Shown: positions 23,466 to 38,376 of the stretch, piece after piece
Position numbering within the stretch: the first letter of the stretch is position 1
Layout: every line of letters begins with the position of its first letter
NCBI GenBank assembly: GCA_051362555.1
Contig: CM120641.1
Location: forward strand, 39,996,401 to 40,060,400
DNA from: Lingula anatina
Taxonomy: Eukaryota > Animalia > Brachiopoda
Length of the DNA: 64,000 nt
Direction: 5' to 3'
Notes under the pieces: model-generated
Told to the model about the DNA's origin: nothing
The model's input: the letters and a program-made list of their open reading frames with translations, nothing else
Databases searched by the model: none
Made by a program: the position numbers and the translations under genes

Positions 23466-26400
23466 CTGAAAAGAAAAACAGAGCTGCGTCAGCACACCTC
23501 ACTTGTGAAGTTTTTCACCTGTCACTGTGGAGACAGTGGTACACAGTGATACTGTGGTCTTCCTCAGCCTAGATGGACAGCCTATGTCTTTTTTTTATAA
23601 TTCACAATATTTTGTCCACTTCAGTGACCAAGACACTTGAACCTCAATAAATACGAAGGTCAGTTGGTCACTCTCTCCATCTCTTTTCCTATGACTAAGA
23701 ATAGCCTGTGGTCAGCTAAAATAGCTTTTAGTGGAATGTACATCAGCTTCCTGAACTTGGGATCTTGTTGCAGCACTCACAGTGTATCACATACTGGAGC
23801 TCAGTCAAAATATTAGCATTTCTTCACACCCCTGATAATACTATCCTCCTCTCAGCATATAATAGCTCAGTACACTGCCAACGTTAACCTGGCACCGCAT
23901 AGCAGCACGCTGGCCTCTACCTGACCAAGTTGACATACATGTAAACTTAGACAGTTAATTAGGGCAATTAACAGCACCTGTGACAGGGCAGGCAATTACA
24001 ATCATGGTGCCTGATCTCAAGGCCGATAACGGAATATTTCTACGACATAATTTTGCAGGCTATAAAATAAACAAAATACATGACAACTATTTAAGTCCAG
24101 TCAAATCTATCTATGTACTTCTTACGATAAACAACTGAACTGATAAACTAAATAAGTCTGTCTTAAAAGCTAATCCTTGTTTGTGTATAAACAAACAAAT
24201 GGTATTTATGTGGATATTCCATGGACAATAAAACAAATCATTAAAAATCTTCCAATCAGCCATCAAAAAGTGACACCAGTAAGCCAGAGATCCAAACTCT
24301 GTCTTTCTCTATCCCATTCCCAACTTTCAGCAAGTGCCCAAGTTGCCTTCAACATGCATGGCAGAGGTCTATAGCACAATTAATGTAAATAACCCCTAAT
24401 ACCCAGACGGCATTAAAACCCCTATAAACCAGGGTACAGTAAAAAAAGTTTTATGTGGTTAGTTAATTTCACCTGGACACATTACAAGGTTAGGTTAGTG
24501 CAAGTCATTTTCTGAATCAGATGAAAGAGCAATTTTTGTCTCATGTTACACCTGCCATGGCAAGGTCACAACCCAGTAAAAAAAACAACTGAAATCCAGT
24601 AACATATAAACATTGCCATGGGATTTATTTAGTTCACATCATCTTGGCTGACAGAAAGAGAGAAATTTACTTGTTAGAAATTGGAAACAGCGAACCTCAT
24701 TTTCATCTGGTTCCTTTTTTTCCTCCAGGGTATTCTTGGCACCAGCAAAGGGTGCAACAAAATCCGATGTTCTACAATCATCTATGTCTTAAAATATTGT
24801 CTAAAACATTTCAGCTAAAACAATCAGTTATCAATGACAGATGCATCAAAAACACTGTAACCCTTCTCTCCCATTTCCCTTGTCAAAAAAAAGAAATAAT
24901 CTTTAAACCTTAACAAACAAAACAATTAGCATATGAGATTGGGCACAAGAACCCCCCTAGCACATCAGTCCTAATGACTCCAGCCACACATGTGCTGTGT
25001 GAAGGTATGGGGAAACAGAATCTGAAGACTTCAGTGTCAGGTATCCAGACCTCAAATGTCACTGAATAATTGCCTACCATATCTCATCACAACTGTACAA
25101 CAGGCCTTCCCCGGGTTTTCAGGTCATTGGTTTACATGTTAATACCCCCTAGTCTTTTCAGTTGACTCATTTTATTCACTCCTCCATGACTGCATAACAT
25201 CATAAGGCAAAAGACCATGCAAGGACCTCCAAATATACTGTGTTAGGAAGAAAATTGTAGCATAGGACAATAATTTGGGTAACGGTTCATCCACATAGGT
25301 CGTTAAAAAGAAGCACAGATTCCACTAAGACCATGCAAACCACTCCTACCACTGAGCAAAAAAACTCACCTGCAAGTCACCATTCTTCATACACCATAAT
25401 GGGTCTCTAAAAAGGGCCATACAATCAACTTCAGAACTCTTTTTAAGGTGGTGCAGCACAACTAGCTATAAACTTGTCACAGGATACAGTCTAACATACA
25501 GAGATTGGTAACATAACATCACCATGACAGAGCTGGAAGTTAACAGGACACAGATTCCTGCAGAAGATGATGCTATCAGACCAGTATTATGACTGTGTTA
25601 CCAGGACAGATACCAGCTAGGCTAACAGTCCAGTGTTGGGACTCTGATTACCAGAAGAGATCCCAGCCACGACACCTGGCTGTCTGGGCTGTTTATCTAC
25701 AGGAGACTACTTCACAGAAACCTGGCAGAAGTTATGACTGACATAAATCACACATAAAACTATGGTCATTTTCAATATTGCCATATGTCACACTTTGAAG
25801 GATAATCTAAGCATTTTACAGTATTTTTGTAATCAAAAAAGTTGTATACCTACTGGAAAATATGGTATATCTCTGGTCGATATAACTCATTTTTCCTGTA
25901 TCAAGTCCTTTCTTACTACAAGACTTTGGAATGATCTTTCTTACATACTGTTAACTGTTTCTTGGTGCCACTGCTACTGTCTAACTTGATGATAGAAAAT
26001 GAACTGAATTCTGTATTCTAAACATGATCCAATCTAAATGCAGATGAATGGCATACTCAGTAAATATTTAGCCAGTGACACATTTCAGATTAAATATGTT
26101 AGGATCACTGCTTACAAACTGTTGACTCTGAAAGTAATCAGTCAATACAATTTCTTTAATTATGTGCCCCAATGTAAACATCAAGCGGCTCAAAATCGAA
26201 AAGAGAGAAAAAGAATACCACTCATTGTATATAATGTTATTTAACCCAACCTCCAAACAATGGTGAAGTGACTCACTGAAGCAAAGGTCCACAACCCTAT
26301 TCATTGATATGAACTTGATGGCCTTTACTTGGAGCACAAATGTGTAAGTCTAGGAATTACCCCACTATCTAATCTCCCTTTAATTTCCTAGGAATAATTT

Positions 26401-29400
26401 TTAATCCTGTCCAGCTCCAACAGCGGGAAGTTTGTTCACCAAAGCAGATGTACCGAGCTGTGAAACTCGATCTCCTCTCTACTATCTCTGTATTCTACAC
26501 TACAGGTAACATGCCTTCCTGTCCTGCCCTATCTCATCATTTGCCACGTTTATTTTTCCTTTACCTTCTTAGCGGCTTTCTGCCGTTGGTCTGACACACA
26601 CAGGAACATGGTCCTCGTATCTCCAACCCCCCTCGGTGAAAGGTTTGTTTCTGTAAAAGTCCAGTTAAAATCTCCCTTATGTCTAGGTTCACCTTCCTCT
26701 ACCACTACTGCCCAGGATGACCAGAAGGATATGGAGAGCCCAGGTACAAGGCACGGGTTATTGCTGCAGTTTAGTTTCTAACGCTGCTGCTCCAGAATTA
26801 GATTACGCCAAGGCCTCGCACAGGAGATAAACACATTGAGGTGTGCTGCCTGTTGCCTGCCTACCTTGGTAAAGGCTAGCAATGAGGCCCCAGGTAAATG
26901 TTCCTGTTTGCGGCCAGTAATCTCACAGAAATGTTTACAGCTGTGAAAATAGGCAACAGAACCAACTGTGTGGGTTGAAGGCAGAGCTGGTAAAAAAACT
27001 GGCTTGTTTGGAAATAATATACACAAGTCTTCTCCGAGAAGTGTTTTTGTTTCATGAAATGAAACTTTCCTTTCATACTGACCACTACCAAACGAGCCCA
27101 AATTTTTGCTTTATGTCATAGCTCTCTGTCTAGCAAGCCCAGTAAGTGTCGTAAAATGTAACTACCAGAACGTGTTTTTAACTGCCCACCCTGTTGTCAC
27201 AACAGTAACTCAAATTGAAAGTATGACCTTACAAAGCTAATTAATACCAATTTAAAGTCATTAAAGTGTAGAAGTATGACAATAATGGCTGTTGCTGCCC
27301 TGTAACAAGCTGTTTCCTATGTGGGAAACATCCTGTGTCAGGAAGGGAGATGGCCGATTATACATGTATAAAAATATATTCACATAAACATCCATTAGAC
27401 GTGTATATATTTAGGGTTGGCAACATTCTAGTTTTCAAAATAACAAGTATTGTTATTTAACTTCCTGATGAAAATATATATCAGCTGAAAATAATCAGAA
27501 TTAAAAGCTACCATAGGCCAAGTATATATGAAAATGTATGGAAATGTCAACCTAAGTATCAGGGTTAGTTCTAAAAATATTACACAGTAATTCTGGACAA
27601 AATGAAATATTCTAAAAGGGCACCATATGCCTACTTTGGTTAACCTTACTGTTCAAACAAAACTGAAGTAACAAACAGTCAGAAATGTCTTTTTTCACTA
27701 CCAATATTTCAAATATTGTAACTATTTCTAAGAAATATTACCCGTTTCTGAAGACATTTATCAACAAAAAATAACAACATAGATCTCCATTTATCACTGC
27801 AGGGACTGCATAAGTTCTGTAGCAAGAATGACAACAACACTGAGCAAAAATGATATAATGAAATTTTACTGCTCAATTCAATGCTCATTATTTCAAAATG
27901 TTCTATTATCATTACTTCCTTTAAACTGGCAAACCACACTGAGTGATACAGACGTATTTTCTGTTCAATAACCTTGACTTATTATCTTCTTATGGAATAA
28001 GTTATTCAAATACCTTGGCTACAGCAGAGAAAACTTCAGAGGCCTTAATTTCAAATTATATATTCAATCTTTGAAACAAATGACACTATAGCTGAGATGC
28101 ATTAAATTAAGGATCCCCTCTTTGACCACAAAATAACCTCCTGCAGATAAACTTCAATCACTCTTATTTATCACAGTTAAAAATTAACACACAATAAAAA
28201 AAATCCTAGAAATCTAAATAACAGACGTTGAAACAAATTACTATCCCATTTTTGTATTTCCCCATGTATTGGTATTTGTTTGCAGCAGGAAATAACTGGA
28301 ATGGTAAAGCCATTGGCCTGGTTCACCGCCTCACTTGGTTAAACATGAAACATTCAAGATCTAACATCCTTGGCAAAATATTAATGCTGGTTGAAGACCT
28401 GGACTTAAAAGACCTGGCTTAACATGAAGGTGCACTTACAATCCATTTGTGATGGCTTAACTTAGAACTATCTCAGCAAACTCTGTGTGAACAAAATTTC
28501 CACCAGTCTGACTCTAGGCAGGGCATGCCCTCTCACTGTATGGGAATAGTGACGGGCAGGGTGGCAGGGGGATAAGATTGTCCCGCTTTGATTAGATATT
28601 GCAACCATGGAATCAACTAATACAGTACAGTACAGTAGGAAGTTTGTCATAACTAGAACATAACAGTTCCTTAATTTTTCTGTTGTTCATGATGGATAAA
28701 TAAACTCTTGAAGTCGATAGTCAGCACCTATCCACAGGTTGAATGAGAGGAACCAATACCTAGTGCCTAAGTATCAAGACCGATCAAAAAGAGGATAAAA
28801 CTGTAAATTATCTTATTGTGTAATTTTCTACTATCTATTCCCATCCACAGCCAATCTCATCTGTCTTATTTTGTATTACATCTAAAGTGTCACTTGGACA
28901 ATAAAAAAACATGTCAAACATGACCCAGGATTTGTCCTAAAGCCTTTTTGGAAAAAAAAATGTCTTAGCTTCACATGTTCACTTACTTTGCATATTTCAA
29001 GAACCATGTCTACTGCTCCTTCAATATACGTCTAATATCAGGATACCAAACATTTTTTTTTTTACAACTCCATAGTCAGTCATCTGGTCAGCAGAAGTCC
29101 ACAGCTATAAAATGGGATCCTAGGGTTCACAAAAACCAACATATGGCCTTTTTATATTGATTGAAACATCTAATGCAATTTGCGTTCACTAAGACAACAA
29201 TCCTTCATTCTCAATAATATGGTTATCAATTACAAAACTATTTGGCCAATCAATTAATATTTCATTTGAAAGTCAATTGAGATAAGTTGATTTATCCCAG
29301 GAGAAAAGAACTGTGTGTGAAACTTGCAAGTGTTCCAGTTAAAGCGATGTTATCTGTTCAAATAAGATGGGTTAGGTTGGTACAAAACTGATTATTTTCT

Positions 29401-32400
29401 TCCCATAAAAACCAAGGTCGGCTTATACAAACATCTGTCCTCCTATTCTCAATGTCCTTTAATAAAAAAGAAATGGAATCAAAACATTTTTCTTTCCTTT
29501 TCATATCAGGTACTTATTCATTGACAAAATGTTGCTTCATTTTTTGGGTTTTTTTTCTTTTTTTAAGGGGGGTGGAGGGGGCAATGATATGAAGATGAGC
29601 CACTAGAGATTTGCAGGAAGAAAATATGAAAAACATGAGGCAGGGTAAAAATACCTCTTCTAAGTATCCTCCTCATTCCTGCCAGTATTTACAAAGGTTA
29701 GAGTGGAGCACACCAAGCAGATAAGAAAATAGCTGGCAAAGATGATTCATATTAATTGCAGGTGAGAATGTTTCATGCCAGTAAAATCAAGAGATCTGAT
29801 TGGCCGAGAAGGCAACCGACCCTACCACCTTGGGCCATACAGGTAGGCGAGAAGTGGACCTCTCAAAATGCCAGTCTCTAAAGTTAGCTTTGAGCAGCCC
29901 ATGTTTCTTCTGGGAAGGTGTTCATTACATGGGATTCCTTAAGTCAAGCAGCAAATTAGTAATATCTATGACAAGGTATTTCCTTTATGCAGCAGCCAGT
30001 GCAGTTCAAGCTTTATTGGAGGAGATAAGATGGGATCAAAACTACGCAGTTTATTTTTTTTCTGCACTTCCCTCCAGCGCGAAGTGTCAATGAATGCTAG
30101 TGATTTCGCTGTTGACTGCTGACATGCACAGTTTTACCTACACTCCTTAATCTTCCGCAGTCATTAACTTATGGAAAAAGAACATGATGAGAGATGCAAA
30201 TGTTTTATGAATGTTATACCTACTAAAAAAAAAAAAACTGAACATTTAATGTAACCACTAATGGTAAAAACATGATTACTTTCTGTAGCCACAAATGATT
30301 CACCATCCTAGATTATTCTTCAGGAAAAAAAAGGTGAAGTCATTCTTTATTATTAATAAAAAAGTGAAAAGATCCGTAATCGCAAGTGAAACCTACTTAT
30401 CATATTCACTACTGCTTGCATAGTTTGCCTTAGGCAAGAGACAGCCTAACAGCACCATCACATAAAACATTTCACATTTGAAATATAGGATCTTCTCACA
30501 TAGACATCACTAGCCTAGGTATATTTATTTTTTGCCTTTTAACATATTGGGAATAATAATTATTCCACTGGCTAAAACACTCCAATATTTCACCTTGGGT
30601 CTATTGGAAACTCTCCTAATTGATCAGCAAACAAAATGTGGCAGGTGTGAAATAATTAAGGGAGATTTAGGCTTACTATCTAATGTTATATCCATGGTTT
30701 ACCTGGCGGTAAGCATTAAAACAATTATCAACAGAGTTGATCATTTCTGCCATGAAAAGTAACATACTGATACTGACTGCTAACAAGAAAATGCTACTTA
30801 CAATCATGATATTGTTGCAGTTGTTGACTACTACAATCCCCACAGCAAAATTATTCCCAAACTGCCAGCTCCAATATATCAACAATTCATCTACTCTTCC
30901 TGATCATCATAAAACAGTATCCGCCATACAAGGGATGAATTGCTAAACTGTCAGAAAAAGGACCAGAAGCTATAGCCTGGATACAACAAATGCACTTGTT
31001 TCACAAATAAAAACCGTAATAATGATCGCTCCAGTAAAAGTATGACTCAGCCAGTCAACAGTTTCCCAGGCTTTTGAAGTTTCTCTGTCCCAGCCTAATG
31101 TACTGATCACATAACTCAACTAGCAGTGGGCACGCTCTACCCCTGTGACTTCCTGTTACATCAGGAACAGTAGCTCATCAAATCTACCAGCAGTGAGACA
31201 GACAGTGAGCCAGAACCCAAGATGTTCCCTGTCTTAGGCACTACTATCTGTCCAGCCATGTGGGAAGGATGGATCAGATTATGAAAGCTTACCACAGGAA
31301 CTACCTTCAGGAGATAAATCATGAAGCAGGGGGCTCCCTGTCAATCAAATACAACTTTCAATCAGCATATTAAATAACAATTACCAATAAATTCCCTGAT
31401 AAAGAGCCCCATTGCCTGGGAATGTAGATAGTACACACTGGATCCCACTTGGAGTACAGCGTAAAACACCAGCTGGGCTCTATCAAACTAACAAGCTTTT
31501 TCTTTCACTTAGAAGAAACGCAGTGCATTCACAGTTAACTTGTGACAGGTTAACTTAGGACAATATAGGCAGACTTTGTGAATATGAGTTTTACTCTGTC
31601 GTCTTGCTCATTGCCATTGCAAGTGTCAGTCTTGTGACACAGAAGGTAAGAAATAGCTATCACATCCTTAAAAAATTGTCACAAGTAAACTGCAAATACA
31701 ACTTTTCCATGGACTAGTGTTGATTTTTTAGGACTAGTAATTTTTTTCATCATACAAAAACACAGATTTAATTCAAGTCAATCAAGCATTTACTTTTTAT
31801 CCAACTATAACATGTCTCTACAATTACAGTCTTGTTTATGTGCTTACATTTCCTCATACTGGTTACAAAATAAACCATGGCTTACTCAGTATATACTGTA
31901 TTTCTGTTTCTAAATAAATAAGAACAAACTACCACAACACTGACAGACCATCCTCTGTAAGTAATTCTGTAGTTTCACTGAAAAACACCTCAAAACCTGG
32001 AACCATTTCAGCATCCCTAACTGATAACATTTCTATATCCCCCAGTTCACATGAACTATTTGCACCTTTGGCATCAATTCCAAAATGAAAAAGAAAAATA
32101 GATTTTCAGTACCCAAGGCTGTTGTTCTTTTCCCCAAAAATGAGTTTAAATACATAACCCTATGAAATATCAGCCGTGACCACTTCACCTTTATCACAGG
32201 TTTACCATGCAGTTTAACCAACCCAATTTTTTGAGTTACAAACATCATAAGTAAAACACTGCTTGATGCAAACTAGATTTTGTCCACATGGCATGTATAC
32301 CTGTACATTGGCAGGTTGTTCACATGTAGGACAAAATCACTTCTGACACAGGAGCCCTTGCCTTCACCTCATGGATATGAGGGAAACATAAGTTATTAAC

Positions 32401-32787
32401 TTTCACAGTGAGAACAAGTGTTTACCAGGAAAGGACTGACATTTGTAGCAATAACTACCAGAAACTTCAATCAAAACTGTCTAAAAAAATAATAAAATAA
32501 AAATTAGAAAAACACTTGTTTACTAAAACTACTAGACCATGTATTTTCTATATCTAATCTTGTTGATTGTGCCCAGTTGTACCTTATCACCTTAATTCAT
32601 AAATTCAAGATATTACGAAATGCAATTTGTATGACAACAAAACAAATATTTTTCCAGTAAAATCATACAGTTCATGTTTATATACAATAGGTTTACCACA
32701 TCTACACATTTTGCATGACAAAACACAATAATATTTAAACAACAATGAAATGCTCTCTTTGTAGAAAACTAAAAAGCTTGTACTTAC

Positions 32788-32896
32788 ATCTAGCAGCAGT
32801 TTCACAACTTCTATCTTCCCGTACAATGCAGCCTCATGTAGACAAGTCCCTTGTAGGGTCTGTCTGTTAATATCCACCCCAGCTTGAAGGAGGAGT
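32788..32896 (-). CDS. CASKIN: Caskin exon 7 (ankyrin)
   Basis: (R)[36 protein letters not shown]; cag/gtaagt. Confidence 0.97.
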
Positions 32897-34972
32897 CTGG
32901 AAAATACCAACACAATAGTAGACAAGTTACCATCTCTCCTGTTACACAAGTTGCATTCAGCAGCTCTGTTGTCAAACTACAGATATGCAGCTTTGTATAC
33001 AACATACCAAGGTGCGTAACACTTCCCCCTGGTTCTTTCATTGAACGTTATGAAGTGTGCTGAAAATGAAAACAAAATTCCCTCCACTTCACGTAAGAAC
33101 ACATTTCTGATGGTCCACCTGATCACATGGAGTGGTCCACAATGTGGTATTGTCACTACAGGTGTCTTGTTTAGTGTGGAAACAACACAGTTGTTCAGGA
33201 ACAATCATCTCTGAGATGACACAGAATTTTATTACGCAACTAAAGCACACCTCCAATAAACATCTTCATTCTCTGTATACAATAAGCAATCAGGGGAAGA
33301 CAGACTGAGATACTCTGACAATATTCCAACTTCTCTGATAAATGCACAGTGGGTAACTTGGGTCTCTTGTGATGAGTGGAGTGAAATGATAAGGAATATG
33401 GTATTATAACAGGTACAAAACATGAAAGCTTTTTACACAATTACTCCCAACAGTATTGGACATATAACTGCTATCAACTTCCCACACATGGGCCTAATGC
33501 TTTCATAGCCCACTGCTTCTTCCAAAATTACAGCAGTACCTGGTAGGCCAGCTTTCAAATTCACAAACACTTGTTTTTATCTCGGTTCCTGGAATATAAA
33601 TTCCTCCTTAACGTCCAGGTGGTCAGGCAGAGTGGTTTCTATGGCACGGACGGGGTACTTACCCCAGATGCGAGTCCAGAAGAAGCTCAGGTGAAGGCAC
33701 CCATATCTATACACCACAGGCAGCTTAACAAGGGACAGGCCAACTTAACTGCCGTAATATATCAGTTATTTTTAACTTTCTCTCTATAAAACTCACCTTT
33801 CAACCTTTTACCTGTGAATGAGGAGGAGGCCCTCTGTGCTGCTATGATAAAAAAGGTTTGAGGCTAGAACAGTGCACATCTTTTGTACCCAGAGCATGAC
33901 TTCTCATTGGCAAAGATGAAGCCATTCACAGACCAAAGAGTGATGGCATATATTCTTGTTACCTAAGGGGGTACAATATTCATGTTCACCTTTAACAGAG
34001 AAGAACTTATAACTGGTTTACTGCAATGTGGACTTTAAAGGAAAGTTATCCATATTTGCCTGTTTTTGAATACTGCATATATGTCACACAAGAAATACAA
34101 AATGTTGTTTTACCATGTAAGTACATAAGTACACTATATGCTGCTTATCATCTTTTAAATTTTGCAAGAATTTGACAATCCTTTAAGTTTGACAACTTAT
34201 CAAGTAGCCTTCTCACATTCTTTATATCTTCAAATGAGAGCCAACATAGTGCATGGACACAGAAAAAAACAAACCAAATCTTGGAATCGGAGGAATCAAT
34301 TAACTCAGACTGGAATGTACCCTCCAGACAGATGTTTCTTTGAAAGGCAATGCCAAATAACTAACACAAATCTATGATTTAACACTGTAAGCAGTTTCTA
34401 GATTCCATGATACCTGTTTACATAAGGACAGATAAATGGACAACAAACCATACCAACAGACAGACAGACAGGTAGACAGACTTCCAGTCTGCTCGACTAA
34501 AGAACAAGAAAACCAAATTTGTACTTCAGATCACTTGTAAAAATAGACAGTATATTTGCTTCAATTGATCCCAAACAGAAGCCGACTTTTTTTATGAGGA
34601 ATACCTGCAGCCCTCCTCCAATAGACAAATATCCCTGGTTTCTATCACCTGTGAAAATAAACTAGTCAATAGCAGAAATACCTGTGGCTCCACCTTTTGT
34701 CCACTCTAGTCCAGTCCAGTCCAACAAGTCAGTGTCTGGTAACCTTATTTACATACAAAAAGGTCCACACAGATCAAAATCACAGCCACCTACCTTCAGT
34801 TTTTTTAGATCTTCAATTGTTTGTTCCTTTTCACATGACTGGGTGTATAGTTCACGGAGCCATTAATCATTCTCCAGTTAACAGTTTCTTTGACCTCCAC
34901 ACCAATGAAATTTATGACTTCCCATGCGACACAATGGTTACTTTGGTGCTAACACGGGCACCTTCTGCTTAC

Positions 34973-35103
34973 CTAATGATGTCTCCATGCCCGTTTTTAG
35001 CGGCCAGATGGAGTCCTGTAGTCCGCGTATTGTCCAGCATGTCTTCAGGAGTCTCCATCAGCAGGCAATTACACAGGTTACTGTCTATCAGCAGCTCTGC
35101 TAC
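34973..35103 (-). CDS. CASKIN: Caskin exon 6 (ankyrin)
   Basis: VAELLIDSNLCNCLLMETPEDMLDNTRTTGLHLAAKNGHGDII; cag/gtaagc. Confidence 0.96.
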
Positions 35104-38100
35104 CTGGAACACACAAATATCACAACAGTTATTAAAGATAGTATTTGTACCCTTCATGTGAATACATAAACAATATATTTTTTATCCTTAAGGAGACCTT
35201 ATTTTAAAAAACTGTAATATGCAACAGTAAAGTCTGCCAAGAACAATACTTTGCCTGTCTCAGCAGTAAGTGACTTGCTTCAGAGACAAAACAGCATGCA
35301 GGAAGAAAATTACATATTGTTTCCTCTTATGTTGCTAACACTAACCATGCAAATGTCATATGCCATTATATGTCCTCAAAACCATAGCCAATGCACTCAA
35401 ACTTCCTACATAAAATATAAAAAAGCCTCTGATCCTAATCCCCCAGCAGAAGTACTTCATAAAGCATGTAATAAATCAAACCTTTATAAAAAAAGAAGGA
35501 TATGGAATCAGTCCACATTCCGCACTGTTTAATTTCCCATTCATTTTTTTCATTTATTCCTTTTTTTCCTTGAAAAGTTTATCAAAGATTAAATTAAGTG
35601 TGTAACAATTCATCGGTCAAAAGAGTTCCTGAACTGCAAATTACTGGACATACTTAAGCCCAAATTAATTCACTGTACATATGTTACTTGATTCTCAATT
35701 TTTCTCTCATCAAAAATTAGAGTAAAAACACACAAACACAACAAGGGAGAGCCAGAGAGTTCCTGTGGTAACTGCCCAGTGCATTAGATAGGATACAGCT
35801 CCTTTATTTCCAGCTCATTGCAGTAGGTGAGCTCAGGGCTTGCTGAACACAATCACCCTCTACATGTCCCCTGGTGGTGTTCTCATGAACTTCATGTGTG
35901 ACCATTCTCATGAGCTGAATTCACACACAGATATAATAAGATAGCATGCTTGCTTTCCTTCCTGTGAGAAGACTTTTATCTGACTGATATATACATCAGT
36001 AAATCCATTCTATCAAAGGTCATTCTGATATCCAACATGTGTTCATATTCATTAATATATCCTTCAGATGGCAACCCTGTGTCTGTTCCTGCCAGGGGTA
36101 AAGTGCCACATTTGGCTGTGAACAGTTCAATACTGTCTTATTATAAGAAATGTGGGCTCCCAATAAATGATCTTGAAAGTGCAGAACTAAAAATTAACAC
36201 CAAAATGAGGATAATGGCGAGTTTCACAACAAATCATTTTTGATCTATCCACATAATTTTTCACGCAAATAGCAATTATATGGAAATAATGGTCTAGCAT
36301 ACCATTTCCCCATGACGTTAATCTAATGTTGAACCTGTGTCCTGACATTACAGCAGAAAAAATATTAATCATGTACTAAATGTCTAAAATAACCTTGGAT
36401 TTCTGTTTTTTACTGGGGTGAAGTTGTTAACATTTCGAGATTGTCTGTTGGCTGTCAAATAAAAAGTAATACATGAACAAGTACATCTTTCTCACTCCAA
36501 CACCCAATTATAGCCTATGGACCCAAATACTGCCAATATAACTACCACGGTGCCACCAACATTTAATGTTATCTAGTTTTTTTTCAGCTCTTTAAAATCA
36601 CTTTTACTGTCACCCTTGATTAAATGGAGAAATTCATTAAAAATGGTTTTTAATCAACTCAGCTGCCGCAGACCTATAACCCTTCATTGAGAAGCCTTGA
36701 AAACATCACTCCACACCCAATAATTAGACAACAACTGTGACAGTCAAGTATGTGGGATAACATCTTTGCAAAGAATTTATTCTACAAAAGGCTATTCCAC
36801 TTATATACCAATACTGCACTATTTTGACCCCTGAAGGTATGTTTTATTTATACTGAAATGTGGCAAATAACAGAAATCTTCTCAGTCCATAAGAGATTTC
36901 ACATTTGTCAAACAGTTTCTTTCTCCTCCTCCTCTATATCCAAGTGTTTTTCTCTCTTTTCTTCCTTTTTACAGCCGATTTCCTTCCTGGGGCGCGGGAA
37001 GCTACTCTTGCGTCTCACTGATTACACCACGCTGTGTAAGTGATTACATATTTAGCAATGTTATATCTAGGAGTCAGTTCAGCGTGAAACACAACTTGAC
37101 ATAACACACGGTATCTGCAGGAGGCTTAGCTATGAAATTACCAGATTTCAAACTGCAATGTCAGCCTTTTAGTGAATTTCAAAAAATTCTCATTGTAAGT
37201 TTCACTGTCACTTGACTTAAAACCAGATCGATTTGACTGTGAAGTCACAATGAGTGGTTCACAATTAGTATCCCCCATCAGTATGTTGACAGAAAAGTCA
37301 CAGTTGCCTTGCTTCTGTTACCTTTGTATAGTGCAACATTTATTATATTGATAAATACATATCTATCTTGTAACAGTAATTTCACATTCCATCAACTTGC
37401 ATAATCAAAAACAGCTGTGATTTTAAACTGCCTGTCTCTTGTCATATATAATGCACACGTGCACTAACAGAATAATTTTCAGTATTTTAAATCATAAAAG
37501 CATGCTATGAAGCTGATATTACAGTTCATTCTGAATCTATACAGAAGACATACTCTCCCTTTTTTGGCTATTATAATAAAAGTGATAAACCAGGCATCAA
37601 ACGGACAACCCAGATTAAAGGACTGCAAAGTGCAAGTAAAAATCTTAAGATTTTCACTCCACGTTTTCTGAGAAAATTACTTTGAGAGTGGTTCACAGTG
37701 ACCTCACTTTTTTTTATCAGCTCTACTTCTGGCAGATGTTTTCAGTATGTTATTTTGACCGAGATCAAAGTCAGCCTCTGTGAGGAGGTGCTGGTGAACA
37801 GACCAACTACGGCCACCTTATCGGGTGTGCCTCGCACCCTCTCCCGTATATCTATTACCAGCAAAAGCACAGATAAATACTTCACTAATCACTGTGCAAA
37901 TGTCAGGCAGTTTTTATTTCACCCTGGTTCATTCAGATCTATGGCTACAGGGTCCTTGAAGGTTATAATTGCAAGTTAAAAATGCTATTTTTGATCTTTT
38001 TTTTTGGCTTTGTTACTGGAGTAGCACACTTCACTTAGCCTTCTAGAAATTCTGTAAAGAATGAGTTTTGAAAAACGTATTCCACAACAGATTTGTGAAC

Positions 38101-38320
38101 TTCAAAAGTGGGCTTATGTTCTGATATGCTGTTCAGTAAGGTTGGATATTATCCAATTAGTATTATTATTTTTCACAGATGGCTCAGGAGTCTCCCACCT
38201 TCCCATACCCCTGTTAGCTTTGAAGTGATATAACCATCAGATTACCACCATTACCTGAACAATTACAAATACAAGGTAAATCCTATCCATCTCTATAATT
38301 TGGTAATTTAACTAACTGGT

Positions 38321-38376
38321 ATTCACCTCTGTGTTTTTGTAAGATCTCATTCACCTCTGTGTTTTTGTAAGATCTC
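38321..38376. repeat. Perfect 28-bp tandem duplication
   Basis: attcacctctgtgtttttgtaagatctc x2. Confidence 0.95.

Noticed and set aside
25480-25740. Loosely recurring accaggacagat-like words as a CRISPR-like or regular array
   Set aside because: Repeats are highly degenerate and irregularly spaced; eukaryotic intron with no cas genes
34697-35161. 154-aa + strand ORF
   Set aside because: Antisense to Caskin exon 6 plus intron; no recognisable domain
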